DNA of 63,042 nucleotides, filler included, from Sluysia triapertura (GCA_046118255.1; 5 parts of 5 records of this genome joined end to end with filler, not necessarily neighbours in it); one strand, 5' to 3'; positions 38,961-51,865 are shown, counted from the whole stretch's first letter. Made by a program: numbers and translations. Notes: generated by a model not told the origin, from the sequence alone.

Positions 38961-40559
38961 ATATTGCTTTTAATACTCTTGTGACTTGATTGACATCAAA
39001 TTCATTTGCTTCTTACCTTTGTTATAAGTATATTGTTGCTTCGTTCGAGTAAAAGTGAAGTTACCTCTTCTGTCATTATTGGGTGCAGATGGTTACTTAT
39101 TGTAGTTTCTTTCTGTAATTGGATAATTTTGATCAAGTTTTATAATCAAGACTTAAACATGGTTGCCATACTTCCTATTATATGACAGAGGCATTACTTA
39201 TATGTGAGCAGTTCACTATTATTCCATACATTTTTTAAACCCAAATTTTTCTGTTTGGCATATATTAAAGATAACTTTGATTATTAGCAACATTAAATTG
39301 GCCTTCCTTCGTTTTAAAATCTCATTCATTGTCACTCTCGCAAGTATTACAGCACTGTTGAAGTGCATGACGATAGAATTTCAAATTGAATTTCGATGAA
39401 TGATTCAATTTCCTGATAATTGCTTTTGCTAAATAGCAACCTGAAATTATTAAAATATTCTAAAAGTAAATCGAAAAACATTAAGGGTAAAATGAATTAG
39501 AAATTCATAATAACATTTTTGATTGAATATATTCTTCACAAATTTTAATGAAATTATTATTTTGGAAAAATAAAACTTCAGATATTTGGGGTCACAGATA
39601 AAAATTACTCACTTTCAAAGGTTCAAACGATTTCTTAACAATGAAATACAAAATGCATCTGGATGAACTTAGCGGTTCTAATGTTTCAAAATATTTTTTG
39701 ATGATTCTATGTTTCACCATTTTAGTATGCCTTATTTAGGATAACTAAACAGAATAATGCTACAATATGCATAATGAATAGCTTGCTTGTCTGCACGTCT
39801 CTTAAATATTCACATTTCTAAAACAGATGAGTATTTATGCACACCATTCTCGTACATTATTTATATTACTATGCATCTCTTTCTTAATTAACCAATCAAA
39901 TTACAAACAAATAAATACATCAAAAACGAATAGAATTTCATAAAATAAAGATATCTTTTAAAGTGCATTGTTTTATCAATTTTATTATTTAGTGTATTTA
40001 TTATTACTATCATCATCGTTTTAATTTTTATTACAAATGGAAAAGTCTTCATCATATTCATTTTATTGTATAACTGTTTTTCTTAATTCACATTGTGTAT
40101 AATTTTACGATTACTATTGCTAATTCTAATTTAAATTTATTGCACTTTTATAAGTTTATTTGAATGGTGTTTCTGGTCGACCGCAGTAACAAGATGAGAT
40201 TTTTAATTAGAGAATGAACTACAACTAAAGAAAATTACCTTGGTACTTTTATTTCAATATAAAAATGATTATGATAATTATGATTTCATATTAAATAATA
40301 ATGTTTATTTGTGTGGCGTAATTGATATTCTGTCATGATTAACATAGGGATGAATAAATACTGAAGTCTTGATGATGATGATAATTGCAGTAGCATAACT
40401 AATACATCACCTTATAGAGTTAGTAGTCCCAAATGAATGTATTGATGATAAACTAGGAAATGTTTCCCATTTAAAAAATCTGCTGACACTCAATAGTACA
40501 AAATTCAAGTATCTCCATCATCATGTAATAAACTTACAAACTTTTTGAGAATCAGCACT

Positions 40560-41160
40560 ACAATAAAAGATTTTTCAATACGTTTGTATTTATCACAAGG
40601 ACAACTTCTACACCACTAGCATTGGCATTTATTCGTCGAAAGACACATATTGTAGACACTGTAAGAGAAAGTAAGAAGTTTATGCCAAAGGAAATTATGA
40701 ACACTAAATTATAGAAAGAAGATAAAAGTGGTATTGTAGTACGTAACATGCTAGATACTCGAAATGTTTGAGTATTAACAACAAATAGTGGATATATACA
40801 ACTTCCGCCAGCACAAGTAGGCAGAGAAATAATAAACAAAAACCACTTTCAATTTGTGCTTATAACAAAGGTAAAGCAAGGATAAACGGGTTCCTATGCA
40901 AGTAAACAATAGAATATATTCTTGGAATATCAGTCGTAAATGCCCATGTAATATGCAAAATTACTATGAATTAGACATACTTAACTTAACTGAAAAACAA
41001 AAAACTTCAACTCATACACTAAAAGCGATGTTTAGTTCTAAAAAGAAGAAAATTAGAATAATGTGCGTTGGATGTTATGTCCTAATAAAAGAAGTAGAAG
41101 GTTGAGAAGCAGCAAGAAAAAAAGTTTCAAACAGTCATTTTATTGCTTAGAATGTTTTGG
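40560..41160 (+). mobile_element. Decayed piggyBac (PGBD4-like) transposase
   Basis: DNFYT at 40600, then RKTHIVDTVRESKKFMPKE, KPLSICAYNKGKARIN and a C-terminal Cys-rich domain (CVGCY...YCLEC), with stops and frameshifts. Confidence 0.85.
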
Positions 41161-41560
41161 GCAGCATAATAAGTCAATGTAATGTTTTTTCAAAATAACA
41201 ATTATTAAAATGTAGTTTTTCAAGCTTAAAATATAGCATTATATTTTATTTATTTTGTCGTTTTGTAATAATCACGTCAAGTTTTTATCACGTTTTGCTT
41301 CTGGTCGGTTTAGGTTTTGAAAGATCCAGCAAATATATATATATGTGACATGGCTCACGTAGAACTTCTTAGTGTCACATACATATGACTGACGAAGCAA
41401 TTAACGCGTCAATACGTTTCATCCTCACTAATACACATTAACACAGTGTATTAATGCTTAGATGAAGTTCACAAAATGCTTAGATATTATAAAGAATTTA
41501 TTTAAATCCAATCCAATTTTTGCTATCTTGTTTATATTGCAATAATCGAAATGAATCAAA

Positions 41561-41918
41561 CACTATCCCAAAGTAACCGAACCACAAACTAAATAAAAAT
41601 TAGATATCAAAAATGTAGCTAAAAACTTTAGATTTAAACGAACCTATCTTCGTTATTAAGATTTACTAAAGAACGCATTTTGTGCTAAAAAGCCTAGGAC
41701 AATTGATGAACTAAAACAATGCATTCAGCACGAATTGAACCAAATTTCAGAGGCAACTTGCCAGAAAGTATGTCGCACTATTGCCAAAAGATGTGCTTGT
41801 TTTGAAGTTCAATGCGGGCATTTTGAACATTTGTAAATACTAAATATACCCATTAAATTTGTCGTTTTTGATATCTAATTTTTATTTAAGTTTGCGGTTC
41901 GGTTACTTTTGGGACTAG
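41561..41918 (+). mobile_element. Non-autonomous Tc1/mariner-superfamily element (MITE-sized)
   Basis: ~50-bp TIRs (TCCCAAAGTAACCGAACCACAAACT...GATATCAAAAA and its inverse) enclose the transposase C-terminus KPRTIDELKQCIQHE...GHFEHL*. Confidence 0.88.
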
Positions 41919-42621
41919 ATTAAAGATTGGTACTATTAAACTATAAACTAAATTAGTAAGTTAAAACAAATTGGTAAACTAAATATAATAACTTTAATCG
42001 TATTTTAACTGTTAAATTTTAATATAATATTAAATATTTACATAATTTATTTTATATTGTATACATAAATATATCATTTACATAATTATACAAAACTATT
42101 TCTTTTATTCTTAAAAATCTTTCTTTTAAAAATCACAAAAATGTGTAACTACGTTTTCAAAATAACATGATTTTTGCATCTCGACAAATTGTGCGCTGTG
42201 CATAAGTCGCATGTACTACACTTACAAACTGTTTTATGCGAAAGCAGGGTTGTCCTATTCGAAAATTCAGTTGATGTTGATTTACCAATGATACTCTTCC
42301 ATGCACGATAACCGCGAATTTAATTGAATTATATGAAATATTTTCATTCCTCTGCGCAAAACATAAAATAAAATAACGAGTAAAATAACTGTTCAGGGAC
42401 GAAGCGTTATAAAATGTTAAAATATGTCAACATTTTATTTAATAACGAAATAATAATAGAAATAGAAATCAAAATAAATTTGAAGCAGTTTGTAGAGATT
42501 AGCACGCATAAAATGATGTTTGAATGGCATATATCCTAAATATAAATAATAACATTAAATGATAACACAATGCAGTTGAATTCATAGTACCATCAATCAA
42601 TATGGGTCCGACTTGAATCTT

Positions 42622-42880
42622 TGTTGTGGGCCATTCAAAAATTAGTATTAATATAAATATCAAAGATGTGTAATATTTACATTACTTATAAAATACTTAC
42701 ATCTTTATAACTTTTCGTTCTTTAATGTGCTAGACTTCATAAATTGACTGACCTGGAATCGAACCTGGGCCCTCTGGCTGTGCAGTTCGATGTTCTACTC
42801 ACTGAGCTATCAGCCCGTCTAACAATTTTAGATTATTATAGTCAATATTACTATCATAACTTTAGGCCCTTACCCCAACA
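42622..42880 (-). mobile_element. 259-bp solo-LTR-like unit carrying a tRNA-like cassette
   Basis: Termini TGTTG...CAACA. A second copy begins at 46820 with homologous sequence from the TG up to and into the tRNA-like part. Confidence 0.6.
42745..42816 (-). tRNA. tRNA-Cys(GCA)-like pseudo-tRNA inside a repeat
   Basis: 72 nt: GGGCTGA-TAGCTCAGTGAGTAGAAC-ATCGAACTGCACAGCCAG-AGGGC-CCAGGTTCGATTCCAGG-TCAGTCA. A and B boxes are recognisable and the acceptor stem pairs 6/7. The anticodon stem is disrupted, so it is unlikely to be a functional tRNA. Confidence 0.65.
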
Positions 42881-43444
42881 AATGTCACAATCTAATGATG
42901 ACGGACCAACCCATATAAAGCATGAATTTTTCTAGCTCAAAACTTCATCAAAATGACCATTTATCATTTATCAAATATAAAACACAGTATAATTCACCTC
43001 ATACATTTAACAATTAATATGTACTACACCTGTATTTAACAAACAACCACAAAAATAAAACATACTTCCCACAAAAACCCAACAAACATTCAACTAAACC
43101 ACCGAACAGTAATAAAGAAATCCTCCCCAACACTTCAAATAAAACATTGCTCTCGTTGACATTTTGTATGGTTAATTTAAATACATGTAAAACTTCATGT
43201 AAGATCTAGTACACAATAATAAAAGAATAAGTAATTAGCATATGAGCTACACGGAAATAAGAGAAATCGAAAGAAAATTAAATGAAATATAAAGAATCAG
43301 ATTTATGTTGAAGTTAATTTAAAATGTCAAATTTTGTCAATATTAGGTAGAAGTAAATAAAGATGAAGATGCAGCTGGAATAATAGAGGCCAAATTTATA
43401 TATTGATACTTGCATCTGTGTATATATTTATGGAAATAAATATG

Positions 43445-43503
43445 ATAATAATAGTAATAATAGTAATAGTAATAGTAATAGTAATAGTAATAATAATAAT
43501 AAT
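43445..43503. repeat. (AAT)/(AATAGT)n compound microsatellite
   Basis: Directly visible. Confidence 0.9.
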
Positions 43504-43729
43504 TTAATTATCAAACAACATGACCTCCAGGCCACTAATTTACATGAAATCAAGTGAAATTGGCTACAACAACGAGCTGAAAATAAAAATAAATCAATAA
43601 AATTAAAAATGTCGTAATAACAATGTGCTTCATTAACAAAAGGCCAATAAATGTTTTCTAATTTCTTTGTAATTTGTGTAACCATTATTTGAATGACGAT
43701 AATCCATTAACTTAGTGTAATTAAGCTTC

Positions 43730-44330
43730 AGATGGAGAACCAATTGAACAAGCTCTTAAAAACGAGTAGCCCAACTGATGAATTGGTTACAACACGAACG
43801 AATTATGAAGTGTAATGAAATACGAGTGCCTTCTAAAACCAAGTCCATCAAGACATATGTTCATTTTGACCTATTATAAATCTTTTAGAACTCTAAATGT
43901 ATTATTTTATTCCAAAATGTTGGAAGTTTATGAAAATACGAAATACCTGAATTTGACACATCGAATTTTCTTGACTTATTCAAAAGGTTGCCTAGCTTTC
44001 ATTTCAATGTTACTTTTTAGTCTAATATTTTCAAGGCAATCAATCTCAGCAAAATAAAACTTAGTGAAGATCGATTCTGTAACACATCAGTTATAGTTAA
44101 AAAATGAAAAAGTTCGCTTTGGACGGAGTAAGATCAAAATTCAAAAAAGATTCAATACAAAGAATGACGTATTCACTAAATTTGTGATCGAGTTTGTAAT
44201 AAAGTTATTATATCACATCCAGATTTTAGTAACTATGTCGTCTATTCCCAAGTTACATGCCACCAGAATAAAGTTTAGAAAATACTTAAAGGGTAGATTA
44301 AATAATTCGCTGATCCGTCTCATTATAAAG
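43730..44330 (+). mobile_element. Decayed Penelope-like element (RT and GIY-YIG remnants)
   Basis: Frameshifted motifs in order: VHQDICSF*PII (PKIHK..P.RPII), DTSNFLDLFKRL, a FNVT remnant (SFDV.SL) and YVVYSQVTC. Confidence 0.5.
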
Positions 44331-45610
44331 ATTTGATTAAAACGTATGCAGTTCGTCAAATTACCAACTAAATCCACGATGCTTGGAAACTAGATGATAC
44401 AATAGTTGAAAAGCAATTTTTAAGTATTAATATTTGTATTGCATTCATTATTTATTAAGTTATATGAAATGCATTTAACGATCACCTGTAGTTTTAGTAA
44501 GATTAAGATTCGTATACCCCGTATTTAGGTTGAAAGAAATCTGAGTTGGAGACTAGCATAAAATACTTCTATGATTCGAGTAGTAAGAATCCAAGCATTA
44601 TCAATTTAGAGCATTAATATTTTTCTGGAAAATAAACACGATCCACTACGAGACCAAAAGATCAGACTTCTTTAATAAGACCTCACACCTCTAACAACTA
44701 TTCCTTGAGAAATAACATTCATACAATCAAATGCTCGTATAAAACCTATCGCTAATAAACGTACCGATTTTTCAAAATCACAAAGCCAATTGACGTACTT
44801 CTTGCGTCTCAATCGAGACATCCACCAAATGTAAAATGTTTTCCTAGCTATTGTTAATCTTGATAATGATATAACCATGTCATTTTCAGAAAAATGAGAT
44901 TTCAAAATGATTTTCATAATATTCCGATAACATAATCTCGGTGTGGGGTGGCTCAATTCATAACGCACAATTATATTATTTCCAAACCGCAAGATCACTA
45001 ATCTTTATCAATTCAAATAATCAAATTCCCTTTGTAATTACGCATTCTTAGATCATTTTTGTTTCAAACCATTCCATTGTAAACTTTGTATTAAACAATC
45101 TTATGCCAGAGACCATTCTCATGCTTAAACAATTCATATTTCATTAAGCTTTACACTTAATACCATTATATACTTTAAACTTTAGTTAAATGTAAAGTCA
45201 GTGCCTTATTCCTAAACACAATCACAATATCAATAATAGTAATAATTTCGTTTTCTTATTATTATATATGTATTCAAACAAAGCAGATTTAGCATAATAT
45301 AGGCAAGTACTAATAAACACTACAATAAATATTCTACGAATAATTGATTCAACTACTAATGCATCTAAAGCCGCTGCTACTTCAATCCAAATTCATTGTA
45401 CGGTATTAATGCATTTCAGTAATAATAATATGCTTTATTAATATTATTTCATCAAGACTAATAATGAAAATTATAAATTTATTGTCACACACACTACTGA
45501 GAGATAAATATTTAATTTATTTGTTTCGATAAGAACTTCTGACATTGTGGAAATTGTCGATTTTTGAATTTATTTCTTGTTTGAATATTAATTCAAAATA
45601 ATATCAATTA

Positions 45611-46446
45611 ATGGCTTGGTTCATAAGTTCGTGTGGTATTTTACAATTATGAAAAATGCGTACTGATCAAATAATAAAAACCCAGCAAAAATTCCAGATA
45701 ACAAAATGATTTATGAAATTAGAAAAACCGAATATCTCAGCCACATATCGATTACTTCCAACGTTTGAAGAAGCTTGGTTAGTTTTAGTCGAAAAATTCA
45801 AATTTATATACAGGCACAATTTCTCATCACCTGTTACGATCCCGAAAGGAAAGATTGATGTTGATGCACAGCAGACTGATGGCGAACGAGTAAAGAAGCA
45901 GAAATAGAAACACGTTGACTTTTGTGATTTTCTTTGAGAAGGTGAGTAACCTATGATCCAATATTTTGAACTTTTCCCATTTTCTTGAGATGTCGAGAAA
46001 GAGTGGTGTGATCACAATCCATGGCTCGTCCAAGCGCTCGTGTCGATCGATGCGGATTATCATGAATCAATTCGTTCAAACAATCTTCATCAAAGTGACT
46101 GACGGAGATGCATCGTTTAAATCAAAATTTCCACTGTTAAATTTCGAAAGCCACTTTTGTGCTGTTCGTTCACTGACTACCTTTTTTCATAAACGCAACA
46201 AATCATTCTGGTTGCTTCTGCAGCGTTTAAATATTAATTAAAATAGAAAAGGAGTAGATGCCAGAAATATTCATTTTTATCTACTTTACACTTCATTTTA
46301 ATGAGGGTAATGAAGGTGAAAGTTAGTCTAAAATGATTTAAACACATAATTCATCTGAATGAATATAACTCATATCAGTTAAAACAAGAAGTTGGTGTGT
46401 TTCCTTTGCAACAAATAGAACCGCACGAATTTATGCATCAACCCAA
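45611..46446 (-). mobile_element. Internally deleted mariner element
   Basis: Both TIRs with TA flanks. The minus strand encodes MKCKVDKNEYFWHLLLF..., SERTAQKWLSKF, RHLKKMGKVQ and IVTGDEK. The 5' UTR is closely similar to the copy at 15041. Confidence 0.92.
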
Positions 46447-46819
46447 TATATTGTGGCAGTTGTGGTATTAAGAGTTAGACTTTGACTAAGATCATTACTT
46501 TTTTATAAAACAGAGACCGTTCAAGTACACAGAAACATTAAATATACTTCAGATTGAGGCTCGATCAATCTAATTTGACTAAATTCAAATTTGAAATTAT
46601 AAATTTAATTTTTATTAATCTTTAACAAATTTAAATTTGAATATAAAAATAAGCATTAATGTATTAGATTTGTCTTTAATATCATTAACCATAATTTTAA
46701 TCTTTGAACATTTCAAAGGTTCCATACTTTTGGCAAGGTTATTCGAAGGTTTCAAAAGTATAATAAGGTCTCAAGAGTCTTAAAAGGTTCCAACAGATCA
46801 ACAAGGTCTCAAATGATTC

Positions 46820-46904
46820 TGTTGGTGTAAAAAGGCCTAAAGTGCCATTTGGTAAAACTGACTATAATAAAATAAAATCGTTAGACGGGGCTGATAGCTC
46901 AGTG
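46820..46904 (+). mobile_element. Second copy of the tRNA-carrying LTR-like unit (cut by gap)
   Basis: TGTTGGTGTAAAAAGGCCTAAAGT...GACTATAATAA...GTTAGACGGGGCTGATAGCTCAGTG aligns with the reverse complement of 42801-42880. Confidence 0.7.
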
Positions 46905-49900
46905 NNNNNNNNNNNNNNNNNNNNNNNNNNNNNNNNNNNNNNNNNNNNTTAATTAATTAANNNNNNNNNNNNNNNNNNNNNNNNNNNNNNNNNNNNNNNN
47001 NNNNACACATTACTGTACAGCATTAGAACTACAATCGCATCTTGAAACATCAACTATATATTTAAAACTAATTCAAACCAAATTTAATTCAAAGATCTTT
47101 ATTTTTAAATAAATTTAAATATATTAAGAAACATTAAAGGGTACAATGAGAGATCATGTTTCAAGCAATATCAAGACTTTATGTATTTATAATAATAATA
47201 ATGACAATAACATTGTTGTTGCTGTTATTGTTGTTATCATATTTAATTTTCTAAATTTTTTAATATGTTCAGAAGGTAAGGAATCAAAAGAAAGATCATG
47301 TAATAATCAAGATAAGTTTTAAAAGATTTATGTATTTACAACAACAATTTGATTGCCATTATCGATGGTGACACTATTACTTGCTATGTGTCATGTGTTG
47401 TCATCATCGATGGTGGTCGATTTATTTACCCGACGTAAATTTCACTGCATTATTGGCTGTCTAATCACAACTATTCTTTGCATTAATTTTACTACTTTAA
47501 TTAGACAGCCAATGGTGATAGTTCAATCATACTGAAAACTGTCAACATTAAAAATGAGTAGTGGTGCGGCCAATTAGTACAGTGTATAAGTGTTTTATTG
47601 AAGAGACGTGAGTGGTGCTACAAACAGATCATCGTTAGAAGTACTAATCACAGCAAATTTTTATTATATATGACTTTTATTTCAGATATCAGAACTTTCG
47701 AAAATCCAAGACGGCATATCCTGGAAAAACAAAAGACATTTATATATAAATTTGATTATAAATAAATTTAGGAAATTTAATTTTTCTTTTCTTGATTTAC
47801 TTAATTTAATATTCATTTGTGTTAATAATGCCAAGTGTAAAACTTTATATTTTAAATGTCTTAAAACTTTTTATAAAATTATTAAATTTGAAAATCTAAA
47901 GATCATAAATTTATCTTTACAGAAGGAAATTATTTAACTCTAAAATTAGAAATAATTTATAAAGTATTTTACGAAGATCCTATGAAAAGTATCTATAAAA
48001 AATGATTTTACGTTAATAGAATTAAATTCTAATAGTTGAAAACTTTACTCCACTAGGTATTTTATAATTACAACTATAAAATTTAATAATGAATTCTTAG
48101 AAACTTCTTTATTATACAATGAGTAAATTAAGCAAAATTACAAATAGAATAAAATAAATATATTACGAGGAATTAATCCATTTTAATTCCTAAATCAATG
48201 AAATTTTAATAATGATTTTACGAAAAATCTATTGTAAGATCTTTTTAGAAACAATTACAAAAATGATTTTATGTTGATTTTGCGTGGATATCTAAATATT
48301 ACATATCCGTAACCTAATATAATAAACTAACGTATTATTAGGTCAAAATTTAATGAACGAATTTATCAGAAAATCTTTAGTCAAATTTGATTGTTCTTGT
48401 TACTTCGGTGAGGATTGATAACCAAAATTTAAAAAATTATGCTTTTGAAACTTGTACTGAAAAAATTGTGTTTAGTTTGATAAATCTTGCGGCTATTTAT
48501 AGTCGACTTAGCTGGCCTTGGCCAGATTAAAGCAAATTATTTAATTTTATTCATTAAAACGAAATTTTAGAAATATTAAAATTTATGTTTAATTAATAAT
48601 TTAAAAAACCCTTACGTTAGTTTTTTATAATATTACTCCAAATAATTCAATTAATGTAATTAAAAATCCAAAATTTTAAAAAAATTAATAAATTACACAA
48701 AATCTAAAAATTATTAATAAAATTCAATTAAATAAAGTTCATTACATCAACAGACAGAATAATTAAGCTTTATCATATTTACAGTATTCGTATAAAACAA
48801 CAAAGTTCAATCATATTTACACTAATTACAAATAATCAAAATACAATACAATACTTACTGGTGTGAAATTTATTAACCGCGTCATCTGCTTCAAAATAAA
48901 ACTTGCTTATTATATGAACAATTCGCGAGAATGAAAGTGCTAATTGAGAAAAATCAAACTGATAACGTTAGTAAGTTTTTTATATTTACTTTATGTGTGA
49001 AATATAATTTGTATGCTTATTTTTATCTTCTTATTAAAAGGACAAATTACGCCGTTTTGATGTTAAGGTGTAAAATTTTGCGCATAACTACATTTCATAG
49101 TGAAATTTATTTTCAAATTAACGCCGATATCATATAAAGATGAATTAAAATTCGGTATAAAAATTTAAATAAATTCCTGTCGTGTTCAATTAATTGGTGT
49201 TAAAGTTGAAATAAACTTTAACCATTCTTATGAACTATCCAATTTTATAGTATATTTTAGTCGAAGAAGGACTGACTCACATTACTTAGAATATAATTAA
49301 GACTTTACTATAAATAATCATCCAAAAGTAAGTTGTCATTATGTGGTATCACTTAAATGCATTAATTTAAATCAGCGAGTTCTCCTGTGATTCAAATCAT
49401 ACACACTTAAGGGCTTGTTCACATGGCTTTTAGTCAAAGACTGAATTTATGGAATATAAGTTTCAATTCACCAATGTTAAAATTCATCTGATGCATAACA
49501 GTGACAATTTTCCTACAATTTTTCAAGTTATATAAATGAGATCGTCTTTAAATTGTACAAATCGTCTTCGAACTTTTATTATCTCCTATTAATTTTCTTT
49601 TCACTTGGTTTATGAAACTTTCTCTCACAGTCACAAAATTCATTTACAGAACAAGCTTATTTAACAAGAAATTTTAGACGAAAATTTGAGAGTTAATTTT
49701 GTTGTAATTTTAAGTAATTATATAGTGATTAACAGTCATTTACAGAATTGATTATCAGTTTAATTATTTTATATTCTTTTACATTCGCTTCATGGTTAGT
49801 CAAGTAAAAAACGAAGATGCATTTGTATATCTTCATATTTGTACGAGCAAAACCCTTGTGGCAGAATACACTACTGTCATATGTCAATACAATGTTGTAA

Positions 49901-51479
49901 AAGATGTTCATTCTAGTTTACTTAAGTTATTTCCTGATACTTCAGTGAGATTCAGAGTTTATAAAATCGGTCTTCTAGTGATTAATATAAGAACGAGAAA
50001 AGACCGTTACAACTTAATTATTACTACTGTAGATATTATTAATTAGAATAATTTAGAATTGTAAATATAAAATTTTAATAATTTAGAATTGTAAATATAA
50101 AATTCATTAAAATAATCTTTTTAATAATTAAAAAAGTATAAAGTCAAGAATTCATTAAAATAATCTTTAATTTGTAGTTGAAAAATAATTATCAAAATAA
50201 ACTTTGGAAATAATATAATAATCTTTAATGAAATTTATCTGTAAAAATAATTATCTGCATTTTTGAAATTAATTAAAATAATTATTTTGTAATTTATCTT
50301 TTCTTAATCATATTATTTGTAAAAAATATATCTTTAACACGTAGTCAAAAATAAATTATAAATAGCTTACGATTCCAGTAATTTTTCATAACAACACAAC
50401 TAGAATTTAAAATTTTAAAAAGAAAAATCTTTTGTTGGAGAAATCTCGCGTTTTGGAATATTCGTATAGATAATTGTTTGGAATTCGAAGATATCATTGA
50501 TTACTACTTGGAAGAATTTATTTATCTGTAAATTGGACTTTTGCTGGGAAATTACCTTAACCTTAAACAGTAGAGTAAAAACATTTGTTAAAGTTTAATT
50601 TGTAGAGAAGTATAACTAAATAAAGAAGTTGAATTGACTCTAGGAAGTACAATTAAATAACACTTAAAGTCACACACATAAAGACCCTCAATTACTAGAT
50701 AGTAAGGACTCTTTCGCAGTACTGACATATTAATAAATCCTATAACTAAGTCTTCCGTGAGATATAAAATTTAGATTATAGGCGGACCCGTTTAAGATAA
50801 GTTTTTTAGATAAAATCTGAACACTACTGAGATTTTTCATAATTTGCTAAAAAAGTAGTTGTTTAACACTTATTTAAAAATATATCTTCATAAATTATTA
50901 TAATTCTACGGTGAATATAAATACGCACCGTTATACTGGTGCTTTATGTATAACAATATTTTAAAATATTGATATTTAAACGTTGTAAAATGTATTTGAG
51001 TTATTCAGCATGTACATCGAAACGTAATAAATACTTACATTTTTTTAATTTCTATGTCCTCTGTTTAAACTAATCTATGATGTTTGATTATTTTATCGAT
51101 TATTTTACATAATATTTTAATATTTTTAAATATTTTTCACTTTATTGATTATTTTTAATAAAGGTATTTATTTTTAATATTTTCAAGGATATTAAAATAA
51201 TATTTCACAAATGGTTAAAATTTTAATAGATTTTAAGATGCATAAAGCGTCTTGAAATTTTGAAAATTTTTAAAGGAATTTAATATGTTTGTAAGAAGTC
51301 CCAGAAGCTTGTGATGCTTAAAAATTGTTACAATAGTGCTTGACGTTTGATCTTCATTATTCTTTTACTAATAATATTTTAATATACATTCATTATTTTG
51401 TAGCTGATTACCTTTGTTATTTAGAATATATGTGTGTGTATCTTAATAAACTATTTCGCAGCCAATGGATGCATGTTAT

Positions 51480-51865
51480 TAATACCCAAATCTTTATAAG
51501 ATAAAATGAGTATTTATGTATGTGGAAAATTTGTCAAACAGCTGTTTATTTTTACAAAGTTTTTTAAAGACATATGTCATATTACACTCATACGTGCTCA
51601 AAATGTTTCGAGCTTCTTATTAACAGCACTTGAGAATTGTCGATATGACATCAACTCTCTTGATGATTTGAAAACGAGCTTGGGAAGAGCTTGGAACAAT
51701 ATCTCACAAGTTACCCTTCTAAACGCTACATGAGATTGGATTTCTAGGCTAAGACGCTGCTCTGAAGTAGACGGACGACACTTTGAGCATCTATGTGTGT
51801 AATATAATATAAACTTATAAAAAAACTTTGTGAATTTTCTGCTTTTCTTTCTAGCGACCACCCTG
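51480..51865 (+). mobile_element. Tc1/maT-like transposon 3' fragment
   Basis: NSLDDLKTSLGRAWNNI...RLRRCSEVDGRHFEH followed by a TIR ending GCGACCACCCTG|TA. The 5' boundary is approximate. Confidence 0.8.

Larger units (their letters stand above)
28100..39900 (-). pseudogene. Decayed multi-exon RNF213 (mysterin)-like pseudogene
   Basis: Minus-strand acceptor sites near 39441, 37721, 35354, 34085, 32570, 30820 and 30061 each open stop- and frameshift-ridden coding segments. In order these resemble the RNF213 stalk and pre-AAA region: EVWQPC; FME*IVKISLKEYVNSTSADTD; YDLKECLFALTELQKDLDIFLRI; KCEK.SLENSLFKRFF...FLY*LVFGEL; LLTH*GLMTEIHVFLHF. Resemblance judged by eye only. Confidence 0.45.

Noticed and set aside
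44672-44998. 108-aa minus-strand ORF
   Set aside because: No reliable motif; at most a weak GIY-YIG-like tail within Penelope debris.
50047-50104. 30-bp direct tandem duplication
   Set aside because: Two adjacent copies without spacers; simple slippage, not a CRISPR-like array.
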